The notes beneath the pieces are model-generated. The model was not told the DNA's origin and made no database searches. It worked only from the letters and a program-made list of their open reading frames with translations. Positions 42,865 to 59,810 of a DNA stretch of 64,000 bases are shown piece after piece. How positions within the stretch are numbered: the first letter of the stretch is position 1; each line of letters begins with the position of its first letter. Source of the DNA: the human T2T-CHM13v2.0 reference genome, Homo sapiens; NCBI RefSeq assembly GCF_009914755.1, contig NC_060925.1. One strand, 5' to 3'. Made by a program: the position numbers and the translations under genes.

Positions 42865-44003
42865 TAAGTGCCAGCATCCTTCAGGGTGCCCCTCCCAGAT
42901 GAGACCCCAGGTTCCAGCTTCTTTGCTGGGCCCGCACCGCCTGGAGACCCAGTGGGGGCTGTTCACCTTCTGCCCTCCGGTTTCCCCTCGTCTCAGCTCA
43001 AAGATGAGCACCTTCCACCAGGTCATAGAATAAAATCCTTGGAGATTTCTTTTCCACAGTTGAAGTCTCACATAGGTTTATAAGGCCTATCTGCTAGGTC
43101 TGTGCATTCCTGTATGTTGATAATGTAGAGCGTTTCTGTAGCAGAGCAGGATCTCCGAGCTGACCCCAGGCCCAGGAAAAGGGGCTTGGTGGGCAGCAGG
43201 AGGCTTACTGCTGCTACTGCCCAGCAGGCCTTTGCTCTCCTGCAGAGGAAGGAGCCCATGCTCATGAAGCCCATGCTTTAAGATTCCCAGGCCGGGCGGT
43301 GGGCTTTCTGGTTGAGAGTCAGGATGCCTTCTCTAGCTGGGGAGAGAAGGGGGCCACCTCTTCCAAGTTGGCACACGGTTAAGTGAGATAGCATTCACAG
43401 AGTACTTAGCGCTGAAATATATTTGCTGACATTTAGCCAACATCTGCAGTGTGCCATAGACCTTCCCAGCACTTTACACTGAATTCGCACAGCATCGCTT
43501 CTGGGAACAAAGTAGGGAGCTCAGTGTACATCTGTTGTCAACCCCTTCCTGGGATGATGAAGTGAGGAGCATGGTGGGTTCCCTTGTAGGAGGTGGAGTC
43601 TCATCTATGATAGTGATAATGAGAGCTGGTGCTGTGGAGCATTTCCTAAGCGTGCTCAGGGCTTTATGCCCATGATTTTTTGCAATCCTCGTAGCTACCC
43701 TATAAGGAAACTGACACACAGAAAGGCCGAGTTCTTTGCCTATGGCAGCATGTCAGTGAGTAGTGATCCAGCCCCAGCAGTCGCTCCCACATAGGGGAGG
43801 CTCAGTCCAGCCCCTGGCACTGTGGGAACATCCAGGCAGGGACAGTGGGGGAGGCATTTGAAGGCAGCAGTGGTGAAGCAGAGAGAGTGGCATGCTGGGC
43901 ACTGAGCAGAAAACAGTGGCAGTGTGGCTGTTCTGAAGATCAGCTTATTGTTAGGGAATCAAGGCTTGGCCTTGGCGCAAGGGTGCTGGCAATCTAACCT
44001 TGA

Positions 44004-44348
<345 letters not shown>

Positions 44349-46420
44349 TAGAGTGGAGGATGCCAGAATACGGATAAAGTCTTTGAAGGGAAATGCAAAC
44401 TCTTTCAAGGCGTCTGAACCCAAGTGTTTGGAATGTTGCAGGCTTGCAAAAACAGAGGGAAACAGTCCAGGAGCTCAGATTCATGCTGAGTGGTGGAGAG
44501 TGGAAAATGAACCCCGGCGAGGCTGGTGGGATTGATTGAATTGAAATCATGAAAATCCGATGGGGCAGGGAGGCCTTGGCACTTAATCCCTTCTCGACTA
44601 CCTTTGCGAATGGTTCTCATTTGTTTTTCTGTTTGTTTGTTTTTTTGTTTTTAAATACCCCATGCAAATTATTTTTACCCAGGTTTAGGCACAGCAAAAT
44701 TTTGCACATTGTGGTCTATATTGGTAGCCTTATATTTACTGCATAAAAGATGAAAAGATGTGTTTTGTTTGTTTAGGGTTTGGAGTGGGGGAGATCTTTT
44801 TTGCTTGTTTCAATTAAAGCCTTTTGTTTCAAATGCTTGACATTCTGAGCGAATTCTCCTGGGCTGCTGAGTGTTGTTAACTTACATTCGTCCTTGGGTG
44901 AGTGTACCCTGGAGGACAGGGGAGAAGGAAAGGGGAAAATGAGGCCACTCATTTTTAATAGTTTTGAGACTTTGAAAGTTTTTGTTACTTTAAAAGAAAA
45001 GACTAGCCTAGCCTATTATTTTTCCATTGTTTTATGATGTTGAAGTCAGTGATACCATCTCATCTTTGAGGATTTCTCTGCCTTGGTTTGATGTTGAAAG
45101 CTTCTTTAGGCTCGATTACTATACTGCACGGGTGGAGAGACCGTGAGTCAAACTCCTTTTGGGTTGTTTTAAAAAAATGATACATTAACCTCTAGGGAAA
45201 GCTTGGATTGAAGTCACTTGAGTACAAAAGGCTTCAGAATTGTTAACCCTCTAAAGAGAGTTCTGTCACCCTGTTCCATGGGTATCCCCTAATGGTTTAG
45301 TGGAAATCCAGCAGGCCAGGGTCGCCCAGTAGGGCAGCGTATCGTGTAGGTGGCCATTTCTCAAAAACAGTGTGGTTTTCAGAAGTTTGCATACTATTAG
45401 CTGAAATGAGACATCAGCCAGCATTTTGTGTCATCGTGTAGGAAGAGTGTTGATTTACATATCTAAGGAGGCATTCACCCAGAGACTGGGGGGTAGATTT
45501 GTTGTAAGGAGCTGCTTTATTGTGGTTTGGTGTTTGTATTTATTATGTAGCTGTGCCTAGAAGGTTCTAGGGTCTGAGCGGTTCAGGTTGGGGTGAAGAT
45601 GAACCCTGCAAGCAGGAGCACATCTCTGCCCAGGAAGGCTGGGGCATCTGTCCCTCCGTGAGGGGCTCTCCTGGGTTATGCCAAGGACTTGGACTCCCAG
45701 TGAGGTTTGGAGGGCTCAAGAGCTTCACGTGAGAAGGCCATGCCGTGAGCCTTTCTCCTTAGCACTGCTCTAGCTTCTGCTTCTGGGGGCCGTGCACACT
45801 ACTAGCCATTGCCAACCTGAGGGGCCTCTGTGGGTGTGCATTGGGAGAGGTGTATGGTGCAGAGAGGCCCGAGTAAGATCCAAAACCACCTCCTCAACGT
45901 GTGCCCCGCTGGAATGACCAGAGCTTCCCATTTTCCTAATCATGTAAGTCCTTATGTCATTTAAGCAATTAAAATGGAGGACCAAGAACCTAACCCTTAA
46001 CTCTAACAATGGGGGTAAGGCTCCTTGGGGGCATCATCTGTGTTTCTCTACATCCCTGTCATGCAAGGATGATGCTAAGTACTTCCAGGGAATCATCTGT
46101 TTGTGCTTTCTTAACGGAGTGTGGTCTGCAGAGGTCATGACACCTTGCCCAGGGTCTCAGAACCAAGATGTAAACACTAACTGCCTAATTAAAAAGCCAT
46201 TGAGTTTTACTGAGTAATTATCCTCAAAGTTATAGGGTTCAAATGAAATCAACGCTGAAGATACTGTAGTTATACTTAGCCTTGAAAATCTCCCACAAAA
46301 GCCCTGGAAGGATCCCTTGTTGGCTTAACAGATTCCCCATAGAGAAGCCAAGGGGATTTCCTAGCCCCTAATTCTAAATCTTGTGGTGAGGCAAATGGAT
46401 ATTTAAATTTTATTTTCTGA

Positions 46421-46738
<318 letters not shown>

Positions 46739-47124
46739 GACAACTTCTTAGGTTGTGTTGGGAACTGTAAAAAGTAAAGTCGGAAACTTTCACTGCTTAT
46801 GCTTATGTGATTGTAACCATACATTTTCTATTAGTACAAGAGAGTTGCTTATTAAAGCCCCGTAACAGCTGCATGGATCACCCATTCCTAGTGAGTGAGG
46901 CATTAGTTTGCTGGACCCAAGTAGAAACTCATGGTGTTCTGACCCCTGTGTTGTATTTCCTGCCATGTGCCTGGCATTCTGGGCACCTGTTGCCATAACT
47001 AGGTTGACTGCCTGCAGGATTTGCCATCAACTCACTGTATGGTCTGTGATGGACCCACCCTATTTCTGATCAATCTGCATTGGTGACAGTGACTGCACAC
47101 TCTGTAGATACTATATGTGTATAT

Positions 47125-47597
47125 TTTTACTTCTTTTAATTTGTTAATTGACAGATAATAATTGTGCATATTCATGGGATACATAGTGATGTTTTTAATA
47201 CATATAATGTATGGTGATCAGATCAAGGAAATTAGCATATCCATCATCTCAAACATGTAGCATGTTTTTGTGTTGGGAACATTCAGTATCCTCCTCCTGG
47301 TTATTTGAAACTCTGTATATATTATGGGTCCCTAGAGTCACCCTACCGGGCTGTAGAACACAAGCAAGATCCCTCTTCTCTAGCTATAATTTTGTATCCT
47401 TGAAAAAATCCCTACTCCTTCCTTCCCAGCCTTTACTATCCTCCGTTATACTTTTTACTTCTATGAGATCAGTGTTTTTTAGCTTCCATGTATGGGTGAA
47501 AACATGGTATTCAACTTTCTGTTCTTACTTCACTTAATTTCCTGGGAATACTATCCAGCCAGAAAAAAAAAAATGAAGTCCTGTCATTCACAGTAAC
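47125..47597 (-). mobile_element. L1MA 3' end with a 5' inversion (47545-47597 in + orientation)
   Basis: Antisense L1MA 3'UTR to ~47538, then a sense piece ggaatactatccagcc...gtcctgtcattcacagtaac. Confidence 0.8.
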
Positions 47598-48709
47598 TGT
47601 TGATTTTTGTCCTGCCTCCCTAACATGTTCTTAGGGATCTTAGATAATACAGAGGAAAATTCCCTTTTGTATTATACAAACCTTGTAAAGAAAAACTGTT
47701 TTTTGCCTTTCAGAAAATTCTTAGTTTTTTTGTTGAATCTGTTTCTTGCATTCAGTCGGACCCCTGACTCAGACTCCAGTCACTCACCTAGTCAGTGGTG
47801 ATAAGGGCAGGTACCTGGTTGGAAGGTACCTGTGTGTCACAAAAGGCGCACCAGTCAGTCTAAGCTTCGACTGAGTTCCAATGCTCAGGGCAGTCTGTGT
47901 GTTTAAGTAGGTGTGGGTAGTGCCTAGACCTACACATCTCATTCCTCCTGCCGGTCAGTTCTGTGTTGAAGCAAGTCAACAGCAGCCTTCCCCAGGGAGC
48001 ATTCCTACCTGGGCCAGCTGGTTACTGACTGGTCCAAGCCTGTGAGCAGCGTGCAGATATCAATCAGTTACTTGACTGTCCTTGGTCACTACCATAGTCC
48101 ATAAGGCAGTCCCTAAGTCCATAGTCCGTAAGTCCAAACTCTGCCTGGAGACTTGAGCCTGCTAATACACAGGGACTTGTATTTAATAAACTTTTCCATT
48201 TGAGGGAAGGGATTATTTTTCCCTGGATGAGAAAAGCCAAGATGCATCCTGGGGTTCAGTCTGTTAAAAATAAGTTTTAGAGAAAGATGGCATATATGGT
48301 TGTCTAGAATATGTAACAATAAAGCTTAATTGTACATATTTATATACCTTCAGTGTTGCCTTTTCCCACGGTGTTGATACGAAGCAAGTGCAAATGATCG
48401 TGAGCCAGCTAGTGAAGAATTCAGCACAAGTGTTTTGTCACTCAGTAGTTACGATGATACTGGGGTATACATGATCTTATGCCAAGAGGCCTTTATATTT
48501 ACAGTAGACCAAGAAGCATTCTTGTCTCAAGGTGTCTACTCCACATCTGAAAAATATTTCCCCGTGAACATTTTTTCTTGATTGTATTGTGGTCCAGAGA
48601 TCCAAGTGTGTCAAATGTCTCTCCTTTAGAGAGTTCTGCATCAGGTTCTGGAAGGAGGAAGGTCCTTATCAGATCTCCTTCAGCAGCAGAGGGCATGGGA
48701 GCCCCATGA

Positions 48710-48937
<228 letters not shown>

Positions 48938-49014
48938 TAAGTAGTGAAAGGCTGAGCGGGGTCCAAAACATTGATGACTACCCTGAAAGCAGGACCTGAC
49001 CTTGGGCTGTTTGA

Positions 49015-49400
49015 GGACAGATGTCCTTCAGTGGGTGTGGTGCATTTATACAATGGAATACCACTTAGCAATTGAAAGGCGCATTCCACGGATGCAGGAT
49101 ACAACCTGGGCGCCTTTCCAGGGCATGATGCTGAGTGAGAGAAGCAGTTACATACATGATTCCACTCATGTCACAGCCTCATAAAAACACAGCTTTAGGG
49201 ATGGGGCCAGACCAGTGGTGGCCAGGAGCTGTGATGGCAGGAAAGCGGGGAGTGTGACTGCAGAGGGGCAGCACCAGGGATGTTTGGAGGAGGGACGGAG
49301 CTGTTCTGTCTCCTGGTTGTGGTGGTAGTTGGACAAATCTTCATGAGTGTGAAGGCTCTTAGAACTGTACACCACCCCCCAAAATGTTATGGGAAAATTT
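49015..49400 (+). mobile_element. Old L1M 3' end
   Basis: atacaatggaataccacttagcaat...atgctgagtgagagaagc...agaactgtacac. Confidence 0.7.
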
Positions 49401-49454
49401 TTTAAAGAAGAAAGTTCATTTTATAACCATTCAAGGTGCAATTAAAAGCAACAT

Positions 49455-50132
<678 letters not shown>

Positions 50133-50319
50133 AATATTAAAGTCAAGCTGTACTAATTGTGTATACCACAAGACATCGTGACACAGAGTCACGATTCTTG
50201 ATGGAGAGTAGATATATTTTAGTAAACATGAAGATGCCAACGGAAGGGCTTTCCGAAAGTAAAATAGCAAATAGCCGTTCTATCAAGCCAAGTGTCCTTC
50301 TAGGGAATTCTCTTACATG

Positions 50320-51440
50320 CTAAAGATAGAACAGCGTACAAGCCAGATCTCAGGGAGATTGCCTTCTCTTGAGTGTAGACAGCAAAACACACAGCTAAAT
50401 AAGGTATTTTCAAATAGTAATCAATGCTGTGAAGAAGGTAAGATGCAGTCATGTGGTCGGGCATGATTAGGACAAGCAGTAGGAGAGGTTTTCATGGTCA
50501 AGAGAACCTTTGAGGAGGTGTTATGTGAGTTCAGACTTGAAAGGTGGGAGGAGGTCCCTCTGGGACCCCGAGGAATCAGACTACCTGCAGGAGGAGCAGA
50601 TCCAGGCTGCTGAGGTGCGTTTGGCATATCAGCCAAATGGAAGCCAAGGGTAGCTGGAACCTAGAGAGTAAGGGGACAGTGCACAGGGGCAGAAGAGCTA
50701 GACAGGCCCGGGCCATGCACCTTTGCAGGTCATGGGAAACGTTGGATGTTATTTGATTCTGAAGGAAAACACTGGGGCTTTTCAGCAGTGCCTGATGTCT
50801 GTTTTATGCTTTGGAAAGGTCCGTATGGTTGCTGGGCAGAGGGTGGCCAGGTGGTGACCCTATGGTGAAACAATGGTACGAGTGCCCCCTCCACTCTTGG
50901 AGCCAGAAGCAAGGGTCCTGTGAGCACTGTTGCAGTAGCCCAGGCCAGAGATGTGATACAGTCATGCACCTGTAACAGCGTTTCGGTCGGTGACAGTAGT
51001 CCCATAAGATTATAATACCGTGTGTTTACTCTACCTTTTCTTTGTTTAGATACACAAATACTTACCATTGTGTTACAGTTTCCTCCAGTGTTCAGGACAG
51101 TCATGTGCTCTACACGTTTGTAGCCTAGAAGCAATAGGCTGTACCATGTAGCCTAGGTGTATATTAAGGATACACCATCTAGGTTTGTGTAAATATACTC
51201 TATGATGTTCACACAACGACAACATCGCCTAAGGATGCATTTTTCAGGTTGTATCCCTCTCATTAAGCAGCACCTGGCTGTACCTGGAGCAGGTGTGTAG
51301 CAGTGGAGATGGGGTGAGATCCAGCTCCATGGTGAAGCAGGCAGCTGTTTGCTAATAGGGCGGCAGAGAGAAGGGAGGTAGAGCGGGAAATTAATTTAGG
51401 GTGATGCCCAGGAGCTTTGTTACACAACTGCGCTGGCGTG
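50320..51440 (-). mobile_element. L2 fragment interrupted by Tigger3a
   Basis: ttgcagtagcccaggccagagatg|...|cctggagcagg...gcagtggagatgg continues across the insertion; boundaries approximate. Confidence 0.65.
50959..51280 (+). mobile_element. Tigger3a/MER7A-type TcMar element
   Basis: cagtcatgc...ggctg ends, TA TSDs at 50957-50958 and 51281-51282; gtcccataagattataatacc. Confidence 0.9.
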
Positions 51441-51497
51441 CTGCCCCTACAGAAATAGGGAAAGCCTTGGGGTGGGTGTGGGTGTGGGGATTGCTAG

Positions 51498-52182
<685 letters not shown>

Positions 52183-52757
52183 TAGGGAATCTGATTTCTG
52201 AGAAAACTTTAATAGAAGGCAAAATAACAAGTAATGCTTCTGACCAAATTATCTTCTCTCAAAAACTATGTTTCTTCACAAATGTTGAAACTTCATTTTT
52301 GTTCTTTATTAAAACAAAAATGTGATCTTGTACAATAAGCTTTACAAAATCAAACAAAAATATGGATATATGTGCTTTTTCCTGGGGCAGCATGAGATTC
52401 TTTATATAGACATATCAGACGCCCCACACCAAAGCCATTGATACCTACCAGCAAACAGTGAGATTTCAGAAAACAGTATGTTAAAGTACTCAAGACATTG
52501 CACTCTTTGTTAGAAGAGAAACATTTTCAAATTGTATTTCACAGCCCAGGAGCCTGTATTCTCAAGATTTGGAAAAGAAGCTGATCCAGGGTTTCATTAT
52601 TTTGGGGCAGCATGGATCTGATTAAAAAGCCCTGCTGTTGACCTTCAGCCAGGTTGCTCTTTACCTCAGTTGACTCATCTGAAAGATAAAGAAGTGGAAT
52701 TATATCACTGTATTTCTGAGGTCTCTTTCCAGCTGCAGTTTCTCTTAATCTCCTATA

Positions 52758-53758
52758 CAGGTTGAATATCTTTTATCCAAAATGCTTGAGACAAGAAATA
52801 TTTTGGATTTTTGACTTTTTCAGGATATGGAATATTTATATGTACTACCTAATGAGATATCTTGGGGCTGGGACCTAAGTCAAAGTACAAAATTTGTTTG
52901 TTTTATATAGACCTTATACACATAGCCTGAAGTTAATTTAATACAATACTTTTCATAATTTTCTGCATGAAACAAAGTTTGTGTACATTAAACCATCAGA
53001 AAGCAAAGGCGTCACTGTGACCGCCCACTGGATTCACCTTGCCCGCTGCCCAGATGGAGCTGACTTACCAAGATGGGAATTGCAATAGAGAAAGAGTTTA
53101 GTTCACACAGAGCTGGCTAAGTGGGAGACTGGAATTTTATTACTTAAGTCAATCTCCCCCAAAATTCAGAGGCTAGGGTTTTTCAAGGATAATCTGGAGG
53201 GAGCTGGGGACTAGGGAGTGGGTGCTGCTGATTGGATGAGGTGCAATCATAGGGGTGTGGAAAATGGTCCTTGTGCCTGCCGAGTCTGCTTCTGCATGGA
53301 TGGGTCCACAGGACAAGCTGGAGATCTGGATGGAGTCATCAGAAGTGCAGAAGCCTGAAAAGACATTACAAAAGGCCAATCTTACGTTCTGCAATGGTGA
53401 TGTTATCTGCAGGAGTAATTGGGGAAGTTGCAAATCTGTGGCTGATTTGTTAGTCCAACAAAGGCAGTCTGGTACCCAGACAAAAAGAGGGTTTGTTTGG
53501 GGAAAGGGCTGTTACCATCTTTGTTTTAAAGTTAAACTATAAACTAAGTTTCTCCCAAAGTTAGTTCTGCCTATGCCCAGGAGTGAACAAGGGCAGTTTA
53601 GACGTTAGAAGTTAGATGGAGTCAGTCAGGTCAGATGCCTTAAACTGTCAATTTTGTCATTGTTAAATTTTTTGCAAAGGCAGTTTCGTCACTATCTCAT
53701 GTTGGTGCTCAAAAAGTTTTGGATGTTAGGGCATTTTGGATTAGGGATGCCCAACTTG
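52758..53758 (+). mobile_element. Tigger4b/MER46-type TcMar element split by an LTR8
   Basis: TIRs caggttgaatatc / gatgcccaacttg with TA TSDs; body resumes after the LTR. Confidence 0.85.
53016..53688 (-). mobile_element. LTR8-family ERV1 solo LTR
   Basis: tgtgaccgccc...ttcaccttgcccgctgcc ... tttgcaaaggcagtttc; 4-bp TSD tcac at 53012-53015 and 53689-53692. Confidence 0.85.
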
Positions 53759-54349
53759 TAATAGATGACATTTAATATTTATTTAATACTTATTTAATAC
53801 TACCTAAATACTTGCAAATACCTGCAAAAACAAGGAGGGCCTGGACAAAAGTGAGTCTCCCTCGGTGCCACTGTATCTGCAGCACTGAGACTGTTTGGTG
53901 TAGATACCAAATAAATACCTGAGTGAACCAATAAATAAATGAATAAAAGGAGCTAGCACTGAGTAGCACATGGAGATCATTCCTTGGGGCTGCCTAGTTA
54001 TCCTTTTCTATTACAAAGACAGAAAAGAGTTGCTTTGCGTTTAGGAATTTTTAAGTGATTTAGTCACTTAAAAACTTGAGTGATTTGAAAACAGTATGAC
54101 TGGAGTTGATAAAACCTTTAAATCATTAAGGCTGAAAGGAACCTAGGACATTCTGGAATCAAATCCTTTCATGTCCCTGTTGGGGAAATCCAGGTGCCAG
54201 ATGTTACAAGTATTTAAGTTAATAACTGGTTAAAAACTGACTAGGCATAGGTTAAGGCATAGGTCACTTAGCAAAACCCCACTAACAATGTTTAGTGGCT
54301 CTTCTGAGAAATGATATGTATGATCCAGTATCCCCCAGCACTTTAAGTA

Positions 54350-54830
54350 CTCATTGTTGTATCTGTATATTTTTTAATAGAGAGAAAGTAAAAATTCATC
54401 AGTCTCATCACCAAACCAGTTGTGCCATAACACTCTCATAATTTGATGAATTCGTCTGTCAGTATCTATTTCTGTCTCTCTCTCTTGTTTGCTCACTGGC
54501 TCTCCTTCTGCCTCTACACACATATCCACTATATGCAATTCTGCAAACTATTTTATTTTCCCACAAGTCCAGGACATCATTTCTGTCAACATGTAAGATG
54601 CACACTCATGTTTTTAGTGGTCACAGAATATTTCATTTGATTCCTTCCTCATATTTAGTCATAAAGTTTCTCTTTTTTTTTTTTTTTTTGCTATTATAAA
54701 CAAAGCAGAAGTGAGCATATTTTCACATGTATATTTCATTCCTAATTGATTGCTGCCTTGAGATAAATTTCTAGAAGTAGAGCTGCTGGGTCAGAGAATA
54801 GGTGCATTCATATGTTCTTATCTGTGTTGA
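54350..54830 (-). mobile_element. Old L1ME 3' fragment
   Basis: ttgctattataaacaaagcag...gagataaatttctagaagtagagctgctgggtcagag. Confidence 0.6.
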
Positions 54831-55318
54831 ATGGCATTATGGATAATAGTCCATATTCTACTTACTAAAATGAAAAAGTATATATATCACCTTATATGAA
54901 AGATATAGGCCCCATACAGAAATTATTTTAATAATGGTATCTCAGATCAGTTGAAAGTTTCGCCATTTTAAGGAATTATTTTAAAAGGCGAGCATTACCT
55001 CCTTACTGTATTTATTTTGGAAGAACACAGTGCCTTCCTATGGGGTTCTTAAGGAGGGCTAGCTATAGCCTGAAGTGGGAGTCCACCTTATAGCCGAGAC
55101 CAGAATATGGGAGCAAAGAGGTTAGCTGTGTGCTTGCTACTTCATGGATGCTTTAAGATAATTCTTGGCAGAATACACTGCTGATACCTATGCAGATGAT
55201 AGCTTTTAATGCATGTCAGACATTCAAGAGTAGCTTGTCCCAGGGGCTTTATTTATGGCAAATCATGGTTCTCTCTATGAGATTTAAGTACATGGTTTTC
55301 TTTCCTTCTAGAAAAGCC

Positions 55319-55633
<315 letters not shown>

Positions 55634-56112
55634 TCAGCTTAGCCCCGCAGAAAAGAAAGTGATTTTCCCAGGAACTCTTATCTTATGTAGTCTGAACTTT
55701 AATGCAGAGCTGTCTGATAGTGTCGTAGCCGTGACGGAGAAGGCCGTGGGGCCTGGAATCTCCTTGCTGTGCTCTGTGGCCCCGGCCCTCTGTGGACGCG
55801 TAATGTGAGAGTTTTTAAAGAGTAACTTTCTTTTGTCCTTCTTTAAGATATAGACCCCAGTCCCTCCTTTAAAATATTGGCTCGTGCTGTAATTTCCACT
55901 TTGCCTTTTGCCCTTTGACCATCTGTGTGACAAGAAAGCCATTCCGATGGTTCAGTAAGCACCCGCTGAGGCTGGCTCCCCACAGGTCCAGCTCGAGGTG
56001 CTGGTGGGGACAGCCCACCCTCTGCTGTGTGCCGTGATCCCAGCTGGAGCTGCTGCACACCCAGAGGGAGCCGCCTCAGTCACACGCCAGCAGACAGGTG
56101 CAAATGGAGTGA

Positions 56113-56256
<144 letters not shown>

Positions 56257-56485
56257 TAAGTGGCAGTTCTGCCTTCTCACAATTACTGGGGATTCTTGGG
56301 GTGTGGGGGTGGGAGGTAAGGGGCTGCCCCCAGCGTTGAATTCAGCTACCCAGGTGCCAAGGCGGGAAGGGGTTGTGGGCACAGGAGCATGGGCAGTCCA
56401 CACCACACCACCTGCCCCAACCCTGTTCTCCTCAGCAGATTTTCAAGTTTGATGTAGAAAGCCCATCTATTCTTAAAATTTATAA

Positions 56486-56596
<111 letters not shown>

Positions 56597-57700
56597 TAAG
56601 TCCCCAGGGATCTGGGGTTTCACTTTGTAAGGGCTTAGAAGCCAGTAAGGCCATAGAAGCAGCAGAGGGGAAATGGAGGTGGGGCTGCAGGCATGAGATT
56701 GGGCACCTGGGCCCCAGTGAGAGCCTGTGGTCTCACTCCATGGTGTGGAGCTGAGAATCTGCTCCCAAGTTGGCCTGCTGCTCTCTCTGTCCTGCAGAGC
56801 TGCCCTCCCATGCTTCGGAGTCCCAGAGGCAGTCCCCCGGGCCTCACCTTGTTTTTGGCTTGTTCTCCATTGGCAAGGTGATGGGCTGGGTGACCTGAAG
56901 GACTGGTGTCTGACAGGCTCTTCGAGTGACCAGGAGCAGTCCCCAGCCTCCGCAAGCATGCAGTGTCTGCAGCCAGCCCTCGATCCCCCCGCCAGGCGCC
57001 TTTGCATGCCTCCGATCTGCTGCGCTCACCCTTGCTGCTCCTGTGGGCCAGCAGATAACAGCCCCCACGAGGCTCCCTCCTCCCAGCTAGGTTAATCACA
57101 TGTGAAACGGAAGTAATAATGCTGCTGCCCCACGTCCCTCCGGAGGATTCATGGCAGAAACACCTTTCTGAGCATTATTTCCACACCCAGCCTCTTGTTT
57201 TAAGCGAATACGAGCTCCCCATCTGGAGGGACCTGCTGATAACCTCGTGAGAAGACCTATAGATCCGCTGGGGTGGAGGAGCCATCTGCACTTCATCTTC
57301 TTAAAGGGACTGTCAGGCAGGTCGTGCCTTAATGCGGCACATTCCTTATTCTAAATATTCCCAGAGCATTTTACAGCGGCTCACATATCTCCAGCACAGT
57401 GCCTGCGAACGCAAGACTTGCCACCATTATCTTTCCGCTAACAGCTCCTTCAGAGCCCTTGTCACGGAGATTTGTTGGACAGTTAGGTAATGCGGCCTCT
57501 CTCTGTTGCTCCTGTTCGCTCACTTGGCTCTTTGGAACCGTTTCCTCTGCTTTTCAAGTAACATGCCAGGCGCCAGGTGGCCCATGCCCCCTAGGAGGAG
57601 AACAGGAGAGAACACAGCGTCCTTCTCCCTCGGATCCCTGCCGTGCAGGACAGCTTTTGCTGGGGATTGAGAGCACCAGATGGTCACCAGCGATGGTCAC

Positions 57701-57905
57701 CTGCAGCGGCAAGGGTGCACTGGTCACAGTTGCTGGTTGCAGGGCCCTGGTCTTCTTCCTGCCAGCTCTGTCCTCTCGGCCATGTGCACTCAACCCAAAA
57801 GAACCCATTCTGCCTCTGTGTCTGGCCCCAGAATATGATGTCTACACCTCCTGCCTGGTGTCCCTATACAACAGATTCTTGACTGTGGGCACTAAGGCGG
57901 CTGCT
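57701..57905 (+). repeat. Direct repeat copy 1 (intron 13)
   Basis: Matches 59188-59389 with 7 substitutions and one 3-nt indel. Confidence 0.97.
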
Positions 57906-58159
57906 CATCAACTCTCCGTCAGCCAAAGAGGGGCTTCAATTCAGTGGATTTTAACCCAACCATGCCACTCACTTTGCTTTTTCAGTCACAGTTGACTGCC
58001 ATTTCTCACAGAGGTCACCCATGGTTTGTAGTGACACTGGGCCCCGCACCCACTGAAGACCACATCTGAGGCACTGAGCACCATCCTGGCTGGCAAATCT
58101 GCTTCCCCTGTCTGTGGGGGGTGAGGGAGACATCAGCCTCGTGTTTTGTGTCTGTAATA

Positions 58160-58350
58160 TCACCGCCGTTTACTGAGTGCCTCCTACGAGCCAGGCACTG
58201 GGCCGTGTGCTTTACACGAAATGTTCTATGTAACACTTGCAGCAGATCTGGGTAGCCCATAGCCTACCAAAGGGCAAATCGAGCTTCAGAGAAAGTGAGT
58301 CTTGCCTGAAAGCCAGCACCTGGCAGAGGTGGGCTGAGGTTTGGATCTGG
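58160..58350 (-). mobile_element. MIR
   Basis: tttactgagtgcctcctacgagccaggcactg...agaaagtgagtcttgcctga. Confidence 0.65.
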
Positions 58351-58759
58351 TTCTGAAGCACGTTGTTCTTCCCCGTGGCTGTGGCTTTGTTCACATTAGA
58401 CCACCTGACAAGTCTGCCCACCTTTCCCGTCTTTACTGGATAAAGGTCAGATCCTAAGTGTATTGGAAAGTTCAAGGCAACAGGATCTGACCACATTGAT
58501 TTTCTAAATGACTTCCAATAAGACTAACATTGAAGAGTATCAGGAGCTTTTCCTTCCTTTCCAAAAAAAAAAAAAAAAAAAAATGACCTGATATAGAATA
58601 TAAAGAATACTTCTGCAACATACAGTCTTAAAGTGTTGGAAGTCCAGAGCCTGGGAGAAATGCCGTGTCCCTGACACACACTACCTGTGGTAGGAAGAGG
58701 CACGATGCCTAGTCACTGGGTCTTTCTCTCGTTCCTGTCACCTGTCATGAGGCCACTGA

Positions 58760-59425
<666 letters not shown>

Positions 59426-59499
59426 TAGAAGATACTCAGTATTAATTGCTTCCATTGCACACATACACACCTTTTCTGAGAGGCATAAAAATGCACAAC

Positions 59500-59810
<311 letters not shown>

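Noticed and set aside
56421-56438. Cryptic CAGCAG acceptor in intron 12
   Set aside because: Short pyrimidine tract, both options frameshift, and the real acceptor is stronger
57399-57995. 198-aa ORF sharing a peptide with ORF 58772-59428
   Set aside because: The shared peptide only reflects the DNA duplication; non-ATG start and no known domain
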